From contig CAZSCK010000002.1 of the NCBI GenBank assembly GCA_964605385.1, positions 10,420 through 74,419 on the forward strand: DNA of 64,000 nucleotides, in the 5' to 3' direction. Source of the stretch: an uncultured Thioalkalispiraceae bacterium. Lineage in GTDB: Bacteria; Pseudomonadota; Gammaproteobacteria; UBA6429; Thiohalophilaceae. The notes under the pieces were generated by a model. The model was given only the letters and a program-made list of their open reading frames with translations, was not told the origin of the DNA and ran no database searches. How positions within the stretch are numbered: the stretch's first letter is position 1; every line of letters starts with the position of its first letter. Positions 29,984 through 38,875 of the stretch are shown here, one piece after another. Made by a program: the position numbers and the translations under genes.

Positions 29984-30889
29984 TTAGTACCGAGCCTCAG
30001 TTAACGAGGTAATTATTCGCTGACAACTATCCCAACGTTGTTGCGTAATTTTTTTATCTTCTAACGCTCCCAATAAAGCACAGCCTGGTTCATTTTTATG
30101 GGCACAATTCCTGAACTTACAATAACCAACGAACGGTTGAAATTCAACAAACCCATAAATTATGTCTTCTGCAGACAGCTTTATTAAACCAAACTCACGT
30201 ACACCCGGTGAATCAATTATATGACCTTCTGCATCTTTTAAAGGGTAGAGGTAAGCCGTTGTTGTAGTATGTTTACCTTTACCTGTTGCTTCGGATATTT
30301 CACCTATACGAGCATCAGAATCAAGCAAGGTATTAACTAAAGATGTTTTCCCAACACCGGATTGTCCAACAAAAATATTATTCTTATTTTTCAATAGAAC
30401 TTTTAGTGGCTCTAAGCTCTCTTCTTGTTTTGCACTGGTATAGATAACCGTATAACCAATATCCTGATAAAGTTGTAATCGTTGTTTTAAATCTAAAAAT
30501 TCCTTTTTTTCGAATAAATCTGTTTTGTTTAATAATATAACGGGGTTTAAATGGCTATTTTCTGCAGCAACAAGATAGCGATCAATTAGCCCTTCGTTGA
30601 GTTCAGGTTTATGTGCAACAACAATAAATACTTGATCAATATTTGATGCAATAATGCGTAAGTTGTTATTAATGTCAGGGCGTTGCAGTATAGAATGACG
30701 TTCTTCTATTGATGTAATGACACCCGTATCAGCATCTTCATGTTGCCATAAAACTATATCGCCACAGACAACCTGACCGACAGATTTGCGTTGTTGGCAT
30801 TTAAATAATGTATTATTTTGATCTTTGATTAAGGTGTAACGTCGGTATGCCGCAATGACTGTACCTTGTACTTGTTCAATTTCAGTCAT
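29984..30889 (-). CDS. rsgA: Ribosome small-subunit-dependent GTPase A
   Basis: Circularly permuted GTPase: NKTD, then GQSGVGKTSL. C-terminal zinc knuckle CKFRNCAHKNEPGCA. Confidence 0.9.
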   Translation of the reverse strand: MTEIEQVQGTVIAAYRRYTLIKDQNNTLFKCQQRKSVGQVVCGDIVLWQHEDADTGVITSIEERHSILQRPDINNNLRIIASNIDQVFIVVAHKPELNEGLIDRYLVAAENSHLNPVILLNKTDLFEKKEFLDLKQRLQLYQDIGYTVIYTSAKQEESLEPLKVLLKNKNNIFVGQSGVGKTSLVNTLLDSDARIGEISEATGKGKHTTTTAYLYPLKDAEGHIIDSPGVREFGLIKLSAEDIIYGFVEFQPFVGYCKFRNCAHKNEPGCALLGALEDKKITQQRWDSCQRIITSLTEARY

Positions 30890-30911
30890 TTGTTTGAGAA
30901 AATTTCTTTGA

Positions 30912-31229
30912 TTATTTTTTATAATTATAAAAAGTATTATTTAGATATTCAACAACATCACTTACGTGCTCTTCAGGCCAGGGCATACCAAGACTGTCAC
31001 GACAGCGTTTTACCTGTTTAATCAAAGCCGGGTATGACTCAATGCGTTTATGTTCGCGAGTATAAATACCGGAACCATCACCACCTTGCATGGAAATATG
31101 GCAGCTTGTGCAATTATTATCGTGTAGTTCTTTACCATTTTTAACATCGGCGCTTACGGTTGCAGATGCAAAAATGAAACTACTGATAAGGCTAAAATGA
31201 GTAAGTAAACGAATCATCATCCTGGTCAT
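30912..31229 (-). CDS. Small periplasmic monohaem c-type cytochrome
   Basis: Signal peptide, a single CxxCH (NCTSCH) and a candidate distal Met (SLGMPW). 105 aa. Confidence 0.6.
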   Translation of the reverse strand: MTRMMIRLLTHFSLISSFIFASATVSADVKNGKELHDNNCTSCHISMQGGDGSGIYTREHKRIESYPALIKQVKRCRDSLGMPWPEEHVSDVVEYLNNTFYNYKK

Positions 31230-31253
31230 CCTCGATATCGAATTTTTAAATCG

Positions 31254-32507
31254 TTAACTTATTTTAGCTGATAAATGCGCTATACGCACGGGAGCAGGTG
31301 GGTGTGAGTCATGAAATGCTGAATATAATGGATCCGGTGTCAGGGTATTCGCATTATCACGATACAGTTTTACCAATGCTTTAATCAATGTTTGTGGTTG
31401 GCTTTGTTCGGCGGCAAAGTCATCGGCCTCAAACTCATGTTTACGGCTAAGGTAAGACATAACAGGTTGTAGATAGATGCTGAAAAGCGGCATTACCATG
31501 CTAAACAAAATAAGTGCCATATAAGTTGATGCATGACTAACACCCAGTACAGTGTAAAAAGCTTCTTGCTTAATAAGCCATGCAAGTATTGCTAGCCCAA
31601 CTAAAGTGATAACAGCATTTAATATAAGACCTTTACGCACATGATGGTGTTTGAAATGACCTAATTCATGAGCAAGTACAGCTTCAACTTCATTCGCATC
31701 TAAGGTTTCAAGTAAGGTATCAAAAAAGACAATACGTTTATTTTTGCCCAAACCTGTGAAGTAAGCATTGCCGTGGCTTGAACGTTTAGAACCATCCATA
31801 ACAAAAATGCCGTTGCTGGCGAAACCACAGCGATTCATTAATGTGGTAATGCGCTCACGTAGTTCTTCATTTTCTAGAGGCATGAACTTGTTAAATAACG
31901 GAGCAATAAAAGTTGGGAAAACCCATGAAATTAAAAGCCCAAAACTGAGTAGTACAGCCCAAACGTAAACCCACCAAAAGGGTGATGCATCTTGCATTAA
32001 CCATAGAATTCCACCAATTAATGGTACTGCTAAGACCAGGGTGAGGGCAGTTTGCATCAACATGTCTTTAATAAATTGTGCCGCGGTCATACGGTTAAAA
32101 CCAAAACGTTGTTCTATTTTGAATGTGCGGTAAAGCGTGAATGGTAAATCAATAATGGCAGAAATAAACAGAATGCTGAAGATAACGGCAAGCCCCGTGA
32201 TAATTTCACTATAGCCATAAGCACGTAAGAAAGTATCAATTAATTCTAATCCGCCACCTAAAGTCCATCCTAGTAATAAAACTGCACCAAAAACCAACTC
32301 CATTTTATTAATGGCTAATTTAGTCGTAGTGTAATCTGCAGCTTTTTGATGTTGTTCCAGCGTAATTTGCCCGGCGAAATCGTCTGGCACAGCTGCACGA
32401 TTTACTGCTATCGCATTTATTTGCCGATTAGAAAGCCAAAGTTGAATAATAAGAGAAAGCAGCAGAGCTAAAATAAATAAAATACTAAACGTTTCCATAA
32501 TAACCAT
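31254..32507 (-). CDS. M48-family (Ste24/HtpX-like) integral-membrane zinc metalloprotease
   Basis: Multiple TMs with HELGHFKHHH (HExxH) and a downstream E...D region. 417 aa, with an M48A-like N-terminal membrane domain. Confidence 0.8.
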   Translation of the reverse strand: MVIMETFSILFILALLLSLIIQLWLSNRQINAIAVNRAAVPDDFAGQITLEQHQKAADYTTTKLAINKMELVFGAVLLLGWTLGGGLELIDTFLRAYGYSEIITGLAVIFSILFISAIIDLPFTLYRTFKIEQRFGFNRMTAAQFIKDMLMQTALTLVLAVPLIGGILWLMQDASPFWWVYVWAVLLSFGLLISWVFPTFIAPLFNKFMPLENEELRERITTLMNRCGFASNGIFVMDGSKRSSHGNAYFTGLGKNKRIVFFDTLLETLDANEVEAVLAHELGHFKHHHVRKGLILNAVITLVGLAILAWLIKQEAFYTVLGVSHASTYMALILFSMVMPLFSIYLQPVMSYLSRKHEFEADDFAAEQSQPQTLIKALVKLYRDNANTLTPDPLYSAFHDSHPPAPVRIAHLSAKIS

Positions 32508-32588
32508 TGTTTATTAATTAATTAAGATCGGCAGGCAGGTTAGCGTTTGCTAGAATGATTAGCAAGCTAAAATATAAAAGGGTTTTTT

Positions 32589-33131
32589 ATGACACAAAAT
32601 GCAAATAACTTAATCTGGATCGATCTGGAAATGACCGGTTTAGATACTCAAAATGATCTCATTATTGAGATCGCAACTATTGTGACGGACAGTGAGCTAA
32701 ATGAGCTGGCAGAAGGCCCAATGCTCGCCATTCATCAGAGTGATGAAATTATGGGAGGTATGGATGAATGGAATACCAATCAACATGGAAAATCAGGCTT
32801 AACTGAGCGGGTTAAAAACAGCACCTTAACGGTTCAGGATACTGAGCGAGAAACATTAGAATTTCTGAGTGAATATGTAGCAAAAGGTGCTTCTCCAATG
32901 TGTGGTAACAGTATATGTCAGGATCGACGCTTTATGGCGCGGCTCATGCCAGAACTTGAAGACTACTTTCTATATAGAAATCTGGATGTGAGCACACTTA
33001 AAGAATTAGCCAAACGTTGGGCACCTGAAGTGGCTAAAGGTGTAGTGAAATCTGGAGCTCATCTCGCATTGGACGATACTCGTGATTCGATTAATGAGTT
33101 ACGCCATTATCGTGAACATCTTTTTAAATAA
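32589..33131 (+). CDS. orn: Oligoribonuclease
   Basis: DEDDh exonuclease motif [13 protein letters not shown]-terminal H-x4-D (AHLALDD). 180 aa. Confidence 0.93.
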   Translation: MTQNANNLIWIDLEMTGLDTQNDLIIEIATIVTDSELNELAEGPMLAIHQSDEIMGGMDEWNTNQHGKSGLTERVKNSTLTVQDTERETLEFLSEYVAKGASPMCGNSICQDRRFMARLMPELEDYFLYRNLDVSTLKELAKRWAPEVAKGVVKSGAHLALDDTRDSINELRHYREHLFK

Positions 33132-33322
33132 TAGTTGGACTATATATTAAGAGTGCAACATTAGTCGGTAGTAGTACAAAATATTTTGCAGGGTCATGAA
33201 CTCGTCATTTTACGACGCTTAATCGCTTTGCAAAATAGTAAAAATCGTCAATGCATTGGCGTTTATAAAAACAAGTGGTTTAACTCATTGTTTTAATTGG
33301 TTTTAGTGTTGTGTAATATTGC

Positions 33323-33339
33323 TGGTATGTGTTTTGCAT
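33323..33339 (+). promoter_or_regulatory. Sigma-54-type promoter upstream of fliL
   Basis: TGGTAT-GTGTT-TTGCAT compared with consensus TGGCAC-N5-TTGCW. GG and GC are spaced exactly 10 nt apart. About 48 nt upstream of the fliL ATG. Confidence 0.5.
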
Positions 33340-33386
33340 TACAGTAAATACAGTACAAAACCCTGTACAACAGGAATGAACAAAAA

Positions 33387-33935
33387 ATGGCAGATGAAGA
33401 ACTCGAACTTGATGTAAATGAAAAAAAAGGCGGCAAGAAAAAAATCATAATGATTGTCGTCGGCATACTTCTTTTAAATGGCATCGGCATCGGCGCCTGG
33501 TTATTTTTAGCGGGTGCTGATAAGAAATCACCAGATGCAGCTGAAAAACAAGAGGCCGTTTTAGGGCCTTTAAAATATTTGACCATGGTACCCGAATTTA
33601 TCGTGAATTTTGGACCAGGCTCTAAAGTACGCTACTTACAAGTTGATTTACAGATCGCAACACGGCAAGAAGATTCATTGGCGACAATAAGTACATATCG
33701 CCCTGTTATACGAAATGACATATTGATTGTTTTAAGCGGTGTGAATTATGAAGATCTTAAAGATCGAGCCGGTAAAGAAGCTTTGCAACAAAAACTTTTA
33801 AATACAATAAACAAAGTGGTTGTTGCAGCAGGGCATGCGCCTGCAGATGGCAAAGATACCGGGCATGGTAATGCAGATGATCATGTTAAAGGTCCAATTG
33901 AGAACGTTTATTTCACTAGCTTTATTATGCAGTAA
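33387..33935 (+). CDS. fliL: Flagellar basal-body-associated protein FliL
   Basis: Charged N-terminus, single TM (IIMIVVGILLLNGIGIGAWLF), FliL-type periplasmic domain. Precedes fliM. Confidence 0.8.
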   Translation: MADEELELDVNEKKGGKKKIIMIVVGILLLNGIGIGAWLFLAGADKKSPDAAEKQEAVLGPLKYLTMVPEFIVNFGPGSKVRYLQVDLQIATRQEDSLATISTYRPVIRNDILIVLSGVNYEDLKDRAGKEALQQKLLNTINKVVVAAGHAPADGKDTGHGNADDHVKGPIENVYFTSFIMQ

Positions 33936-33945
33936 GGAATAAAAA

Positions 33946-34983
33946 ATGTCGGCTAACGAACTATTATCACAAGATGAAATTGATGCGCTCTTACATGGCG
34001 TAGATGATGGTGATGTAGAAACAGAAAACGACCTCGAGCTACAAGATGGTGTTGCACGGGAATTTGATTTTGCATCGCATGATCGAATTGTTCGTGGTCG
34101 TATGCCGACATTGGAAATGATAAATGAACGCTTTGCACGTAGCTTCCGTATAAGTTTATTTAATATGTTACGTCGTCCAATCGAAATTTCGGTGAGTGGC
34201 GTACAGATGGTGAAATTTTCAGAATATGTTCATAGCATGTATGTTCCAACCAGTTTGAATATTGTAAAAATACACCCTTTACGCGGTAATGCTTTATGTG
34301 TGTTTGATCCAAAACTTGTTTTTATTCTGGTAGATAACTATTACGGTGGTGTTGGTCGGCATGCGAAAATTGAAGGGCGTGATTTTTCAGCAACAGAACA
34401 GCGTGTTGTTAGTCTTGTATTGCATGATGCCTTTAAAGATTTACAAGATGCATGGAAACCTGTTTTAAAGATTAATTTTGAATTTAATAGCGTGGAAGTA
34501 AACCCTCAGTTTGCCAACATTGTGAGCCCAACTGAAGTTGTTGTCGTATCAACATTTCATATTGAGTTAGATGGTGGTTCTGGAGATTTTCAGGTGACCA
34601 TTCCTTATTCAATGGTTGAACCCATTCGTGATTTACTTGATGCCGGTATTGCCAGTGATGTTGCGGATAAAGATGAACGCTGGGTTATTTCTTTACGTGA
34701 AGAAATTAAAGTTGCCGAAGTTAAACTGTCATGCACTTTAACAGATATTGAACTGCCATTGATTGATGTATTAAACCTTCGGGAAGGTGATATTTTACCA
34801 ATTTCGATGCCAGAGACTATGACACTGCGTGCTGAAGATATTCCTGTATTACGTGGAAAACTAGGTGAATCAAAAGGAAGTATGGCAATAAAAATTACTG
34901 AGATAGTAGAACATAAAGTAGATAAAGAATTAGCTGTTTTAAGTACTTTAAATGTGAATGAAAAAGGTGGACATCATGAGTGA
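33946..34983 (+). CDS. fliM: Flagellar motor switch protein FliM
   Basis: CheY-P binding N-terminus LSQDEIDALL. 345 aa. C-terminal SpoA-like domain. Confidence 0.9.
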   Translation: MSANELLSQDEIDALLHGVDDGDVETENDLELQDGVAREFDFASHDRIVRGRMPTLEMINERFARSFRISLFNMLRRPIEISVSGVQMVKFSEYVHSMYVPTSLNIVKIHPLRGNALCVFDPKLVFILVDNYYGGVGRHAKIEGRDFSATEQRVVSLVLHDAFKDLQDAWKPVLKINFEFNSVEVNPQFANIVSPTEVVVVSTFHIELDGGSGDFQVTIPYSMVEPIRDLLDAGIASDVADKDERWVISLREEIKVAEVKLSCTLTDIELPLIDVLNLREGDILPISMPETMTLRAEDIPVLRGKLGESKGSMAIKITEIVEHKVDKELAVLSTLNVNEKGGHHE

Positions 34984-35419
34984 TGGTGAAGAAGGTGCAG
35001 ATGATTCAATGGACGAATGGGCAGCGGCAATGGAAGAGGCAGGTACGCCAATGGAAGAGACAAAGCCTATGGAAGAAATTACAGCAGGCTCTGCTTTAGG
35101 AGCAGAAAATGTTGTATTAGATAAACTGGAAAGTTCAACAAGCTTATCTTCTGGCGAAGATTTAAATCTTGATGTTATTTTAGATATCCCTGTGACCATT
35201 TCAATGGAAATCGGCAGTACTAAAATCAATATTCGTAATTTATTACAACTTAACCAGGGTTCGGTTGTTGAGCTTGATCGCATGGCAGGTGAACCATTAG
35301 ATGTTGTTGTTAACGGAACATTAATTGCGCATGGTGAAGTTGTTGTGGTTAACGAAAAGTTTGGTATTCGACTAACTGATATTATTAGTCCGGCTGAGCG
35401 AGTTAAGAAACTTAAATAA
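34976..35419 (+). CDS. fliN: Flagellar motor switch protein FliN
   Basis: I prefer the ATG at 34976 (RBS aaaggtgga, overlaps the fliM stop) over the track start at 34958. C-terminal SpoA domain LDIPVTISMEIGSTKINIRNLLQLNQGSVVELD. Confidence 0.9.
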   Translation: MSDGEEGADDSMDEWAAAMEEAGTPMEETKPMEEITAGSALGAENVVLDKLESSTSLSSGEDLNLDVILDIPVTISMEIGSTKINIRNLLQLNQGSVVELDRMAGEPLDVVVNGTLIAHGEVVVVNEKFGIRLTDIISPAERVKKLK

Positions 35420-35431
35420 CAGGATTTTTTA

Positions 35432-35890
35432 ATGCGCGCCCTTATCTCTTTTTTTATTTTGCTGTCTGTGCAACTGAACCATATGGCTGTTGCTGCAAAT
35501 ACAGCCACAGAAAAAGTAATACCCTCCCTGTCTAGTGAGCCTGTTGGTGTAGGCAATTATATTCAAATGTTCTTCGGTTTATTTGTTGTTGTTGCGCTTA
35601 TATTTGGTATGGCCTGGTTTATGCGCCGTATGGGTAACATGAGTGGAATGGCAGCGGGTAATTTAAAAGTGCTTGGAGGTATTTCAGTTGGACAACGTGA
35701 ACGTATTGTTTTAGTTCAGGCAGGTGATACTCAATTATTAGTCGGAGTTGCTCCTGGTGAAATACGAACTTTACATGTTATGGATGAGCCTATTGTTAAC
35801 CAGGTAACATCGAGTGAAACGAATTCAAAAGTTCCTGCTGGTTTTGCTGAAAAACTTCATGCTGCAATAAAAAGCCGGAGTAAAGCATGA
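35432..35890 (+). CDS. fliO: Flagellar biosynthesis protein FliO
   Basis: Small protein with a signal-like N-terminus plus one TM ([18 protein letters not shown]). Lies between fliN and fliP, and its stop overlaps the fliP start. Confidence 0.7.
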   Translation: MRALISFFILLSVQLNHMAVAANTATEKVIPSLSSEPVGVGNYIQMFFGLFVVVALIFGMAWFMRRMGNMSGMAAGNLKVLGGISVGQRERIVLVQAGDTQLLVGVAPGEIRTLHVMDEPIVNQVTSSETNSKVPAGFAEKLHAAIKSRSKA

Positions 35891-36648
35891 AGTTAAAATC
35901 TAAAAGCTTTATTTCAATTGTCGTAATGATGTTTGCCTGGCTTATGCCTTTGCAGAGTCTTTACGCTGAAGTAGGTTTACAAGCTATTACGGTAACAACC
36001 GCTGCAAACGGTGAGCAGTCTTATACTGTTAGCATTCAAATATTAATATTAATGACGGCGCTAACTTTTTTGCCCGCCGCATTAATGATGATGACCTCAT
36101 TTACTCGCATCATTATTGTTTTATCTATCCTGCGACAAGCATTAGGTTTAATGCAGGCGCCTTCATCACAAACATTAATTGGCCTGTCTTTGTTTTTAAC
36201 CTTCTTTATTATGGCGCCGGTTTTTGATCGAATTAACACTGAAGCTTTACAGCCATACCTTAGCGAACAAATGAATATAGAAGATGCAGCAGTAGCTGCA
36301 GGCAAACCATTACGTCACTTTATGTTCGGGCAAACCCGTGAAGCAGATATCATGACCTTTTCACAAATTGCAGGGCATGAAAAATTTGCTTCTCATGCAG
36401 AAGTGCCTTTTTCAATTTTAGTGCCGGCTTTTGTTACCAGTGAGTTAAAAACGGCTTTTCAAATTGGCTTCTTATTATTTATTCCCTTTTTAATTATCGA
36501 TCTAGTGGTCGCTAGTGTCCTGATGTCCATGGGTATGATGATGTTGTCCCCTATGGTTATTTCTTTACCCTTTAAAATTATGTTATTTGTACTGGTTGAT
36601 GGCTGGAACCTTATCATTGGCACCTTAGCCTCAAGTTTTTATGTGTAA
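35887..36648 (+). CDS. fliP: Flagellar export apparatus protein FliP
   Basis: Signal peptide, then the conserved [16 protein letters not shown] and [13 protein letters not shown] motifs. Confidence 0.93.
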   Translation: MKLKSKSFISIVVMMFAWLMPLQSLYAEVGLQAITVTTAANGEQSYTVSIQILILMTALTFLPAALMMMTSFTRIIIVLSILRQALGLMQAPSSQTLIGLSLFLTFFIMAPVFDRINTEALQPYLSEQMNIEDAAVAAGKPLRHFMFGQTREADIMTFSQIAGHEKFASHAEVPFSILVPAFVTSELKTAFQIGFLLFIPFLIIDLVVASVLMSMGMMMLSPMVISLPFKIMLFVLVDGWNLIIGTLASSFYV

Positions 36649-36659
36649 GAGGAAATTGT

Positions 36660-36929
36660 ATGAGTCCTGAAGATATTCTCACCATATTTCAACACGCATT
36701 ACAGGTTTTATTGATGTTGATTTTAGTTATTCTTATCCCAGCATTACTGGTTGGCTTAATGGTGAGTATGTTTCAGGCTGCAACCCAAATTAATGAAATG
36801 ACGTTAAGTTTTATACCAAAACTTATTATTACTGTTGTTACCTTGATGTTTGCAGGACCATGGATGTTACGTTTAATAATGGAATATACCCAACAGTTAA
36901 TTCAAGACATTCCTTATTTAGTGGGTTAA
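36660..36929 (+). CDS. fliQ: Flagellar export apparatus protein FliQ
   Basis: 89 aa with two TMs. Conserved SMFQAATQINEMTLSFIPK. Confidence 0.9.
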   Translation: MSPEDILTIFQHALQVLLMLILVILIPALLVGLMVSMFQAATQINEMTLSFIPKLIITVVTLMFAGPWMLRLIMEYTQQLIQDIPYLVG

Positions 36930-36931
36930 AG

Positions 36932-37705
36932 GTGATTTTTTCTGCCACTGAACTCACCGCGTTAATAGGGGCTTATTTATGGCCTTTATTCAGAGTTTCA
37001 GCAATGGTCTCTGCAGCACCTGTCTTTGGTACTCGCAGTGTCCCCACCAAAGTAAAAATCATGACGGCGCTGGCCATCACTTCTGTTCTGGTTCCTATAT
37101 TGCCTACCCCTGAAGTGGATGTATTTAATCCTCTTTCAATTTTAATTATTGCACAACAAATTTTAATTGGTTTAATTATCGGATTTACTGTGCAGCTTGT
37201 TTTTAGTGCAGTCATAACCGGAGGTCAAATTGTTGCAATGCAAATGGGGCTGGGGTTTTCCTTGATGGTAGATCCGCAAAATGGTGCGCAGTCACCGGTA
37301 TTGAGTCAGTTTTATACTGTTATGGTGATGTTGATTTATCTTTCGATTGATGGCCACCTGGTTCTGGTTGAAGTATTAGCTGACAGTTTTAAAACCATGC
37401 CTATTTCTGCTCAAGGCCTGGTTGCAGATGATTTTATGCAAGTCGTTCGCTGGGGAGGTAATATTTTCGCAGGAGGTATGGCAATTGCTTTACCTGCGAT
37501 ATCTTCTTTACTCGTTGTTAATATTTCATTTGGTATTATGACGCGTTCTGCACCACAGTTAAATATTTTCGCTATTGGTTTTCCTATCACCATGTTATTA
37601 GGTTTTAGTTTGGTGATGATTACCTTACCAAATGTCGCACCAAAATCTATTTCTTTGTTTAGTGAGGTTTATCACCTCATACAATCTATTCTGGGTATCA
37701 AGTAA
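36932..37705 (+). CDS. fliR: Flagellar export apparatus protein FliR
   Basis: I prefer the GTG at 36932, just after the fliQ stop (VIFSATELTALIGAYLWPLFRV...). The track ATG at 36860 would overlap fliQ by 70 nt. Polytopic, ~257 aa. Confidence 0.88.
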   Translation: MIFSATELTALIGAYLWPLFRVSAMVSAAPVFGTRSVPTKVKIMTALAITSVLVPILPTPEVDVFNPLSILIIAQQILIGLIIGFTVQLVFSAVITGGQIVAMQMGLGFSLMVDPQNGAQSPVLSQFYTVMVMLIYLSIDGHLVLVEVLADSFKTMPISAQGLVADDFMQVVRWGGNIFAGGMAIALPAISSLLVVNISFGIMTRSAPQLNIFAIGFPITMLLGFSLVMITLPNVAPKSISLFSEVYHLIQSILGIK

Positions 37706-38841
37706 TGGCAGAAGATACCGGTCAGGAACGCACCGAACAACCCACCCCCAAGCGAATACAACAAGCTCGGGAAAAAGGGCAGGTACCTACATCACGTGAA
37801 TTAAATACCATGTTGATGATGTTAATTGCGGGCTCAAGCATTATGTTTATTGGCCCCGGAATAGTTGAAGATTTTTTGCAGATGTTTAAACAACATTTAA
37901 ACATTAGTCGTGAAAATATTTTTGATACAACCGCAATGCCCGTGATGTTAGAAAGCGCAATGATTGATGCATTGATAACACTATCTCCTTTTTTTACTCT
38001 TATGGTTTTATCTGCGGTAGCCGGTCCGTTGATGATGGGAGGTGTTACTTTTAGTACGAAAGCACTTTCCTTTAAGTGGGATAAACTCAATCCCGTCACT
38101 GGACTGGGACGGGTGTTTTCAAAAAAAGGATTAGTAGAACTGGTTAAAGCGTTAGTGAAGTTTATTATTATTGGTACAACTGCCATTATGTTTTTATATA
38201 CACAGATGGATGTTTACCTCGGTTTAGGTTCTGAACCTTTAGTTCAGGCCTTACCCCACATGGCAAACTTATTGATCTGGTCTTTCCTTGCGATTGCATC
38301 TGTACTGGTTTTAATTGCTTTAGTTGATGTGCCATTCCAGATCTATGATTACACCCAACAGTTGAAAATGACTTTCCAGGAAATCAGGGATGAAAATAAA
38401 GATACAGAAGGTAATCCGGAATTAAAAGGTCGTATAAAAAATACTCAGCGTGAAATTGCACAACGCCGCATGATGGCTGAAGTACCAAAGGCCGACGTTA
38501 TTATTACCAACCCGGAACATTACTCTGTAGCCATTAAATATGATCAGGAAAATATGGCGGCTCCAATAGTTGTAGCTAAAGGTGTTGATATTATCGCGAT
38601 GCAAATTCGAACAATTGCACGTGAACATGAAGTTCCTATATTACAAGCACCACCATTAGCACGTGCCTTGCATCATACGACTGAGATAGATGCAGAAATT
38701 CCAGCCGCATTATATTTGGCTGTTGCTCAAGTACTCGCATACATCTTTAAATTACGTACTGATCCACGTTGGCACAAACGTAAGAAAGAACACAAGATAA
38801 ATGATCTTCCTATCCCTGATGATATGAAGTTCGATAAGTAA
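37705..38841 (+). CDS. flhB: Flagellar export switch protein FlhB
   Basis: N-terminus EDTGQERTEQPTPKRIQQAREKGQV. Autocleavage-type site ITNPEHY (NP[T/E]H). 1-nt overlap with the fliR stop. Confidence 0.92.
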   Translation: MAEDTGQERTEQPTPKRIQQAREKGQVPTSRELNTMLMMLIAGSSIMFIGPGIVEDFLQMFKQHLNISRENIFDTTAMPVMLESAMIDALITLSPFFTLMVLSAVAGPLMMGGVTFSTKALSFKWDKLNPVTGLGRVFSKKGLVELVKALVKFIIIGTTAIMFLYTQMDVYLGLGSEPLVQALPHMANLLIWSFLAIASVLVLIALVDVPFQIYDYTQQLKMTFQEIRDENKDTEGNPELKGRIKNTQREIAQRRMMAEVPKADVIITNPEHYSVAIKYDQENMAAPIVVAKGVDIIAMQIRTIAREHEVPILQAPPLARALHHTTEIDAEIPAALYLAVAQVLAYIFKLRTDPRWHKRKKEHKINDLPIPDDMKFDK

Positions 38842-38875
38842 ATTTGTAAATTGAATTTAATATAAGGGTATCACT

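Noticed and set aside
29973-29987. Small hairpin ctaatc-taa-gattag between convergent motB and rsgA
   Set aside because: A 6-bp AT-rich stem without a U-tract, overlapping the rsgA stop. Not convincing as a terminator.
33293-33586. 97-aa minus-strand ORF overlapping the fliL start and the sigma-54-type promoter
   Set aside because: Antisense to fliL and low-complexity (SSSSSS). No support.
34948-35556. 202-aa minus-strand ORF
   Set aside because: Fully antisense to fliN and the start of fliO, both of which have strong family motifs. Typical shadow ORF.
36860-36931. N-terminal extension of the fliR ORF (track start 36860), and similarly cheZ 44603..44641 and fliN 34958..34975
   Set aside because: The extensions overlap the preceding genes extensively and lack family-like sequence. 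Downstream starts (GTG 36932, ATG 44642, ATG 34976) sit next to the upstream stop codons and give canonical N-termini.
37722-38186. 154-aa minus-strand ORF
   Set aside because: Antisense to the conserved flhB N-terminal region. Shadow ORF.
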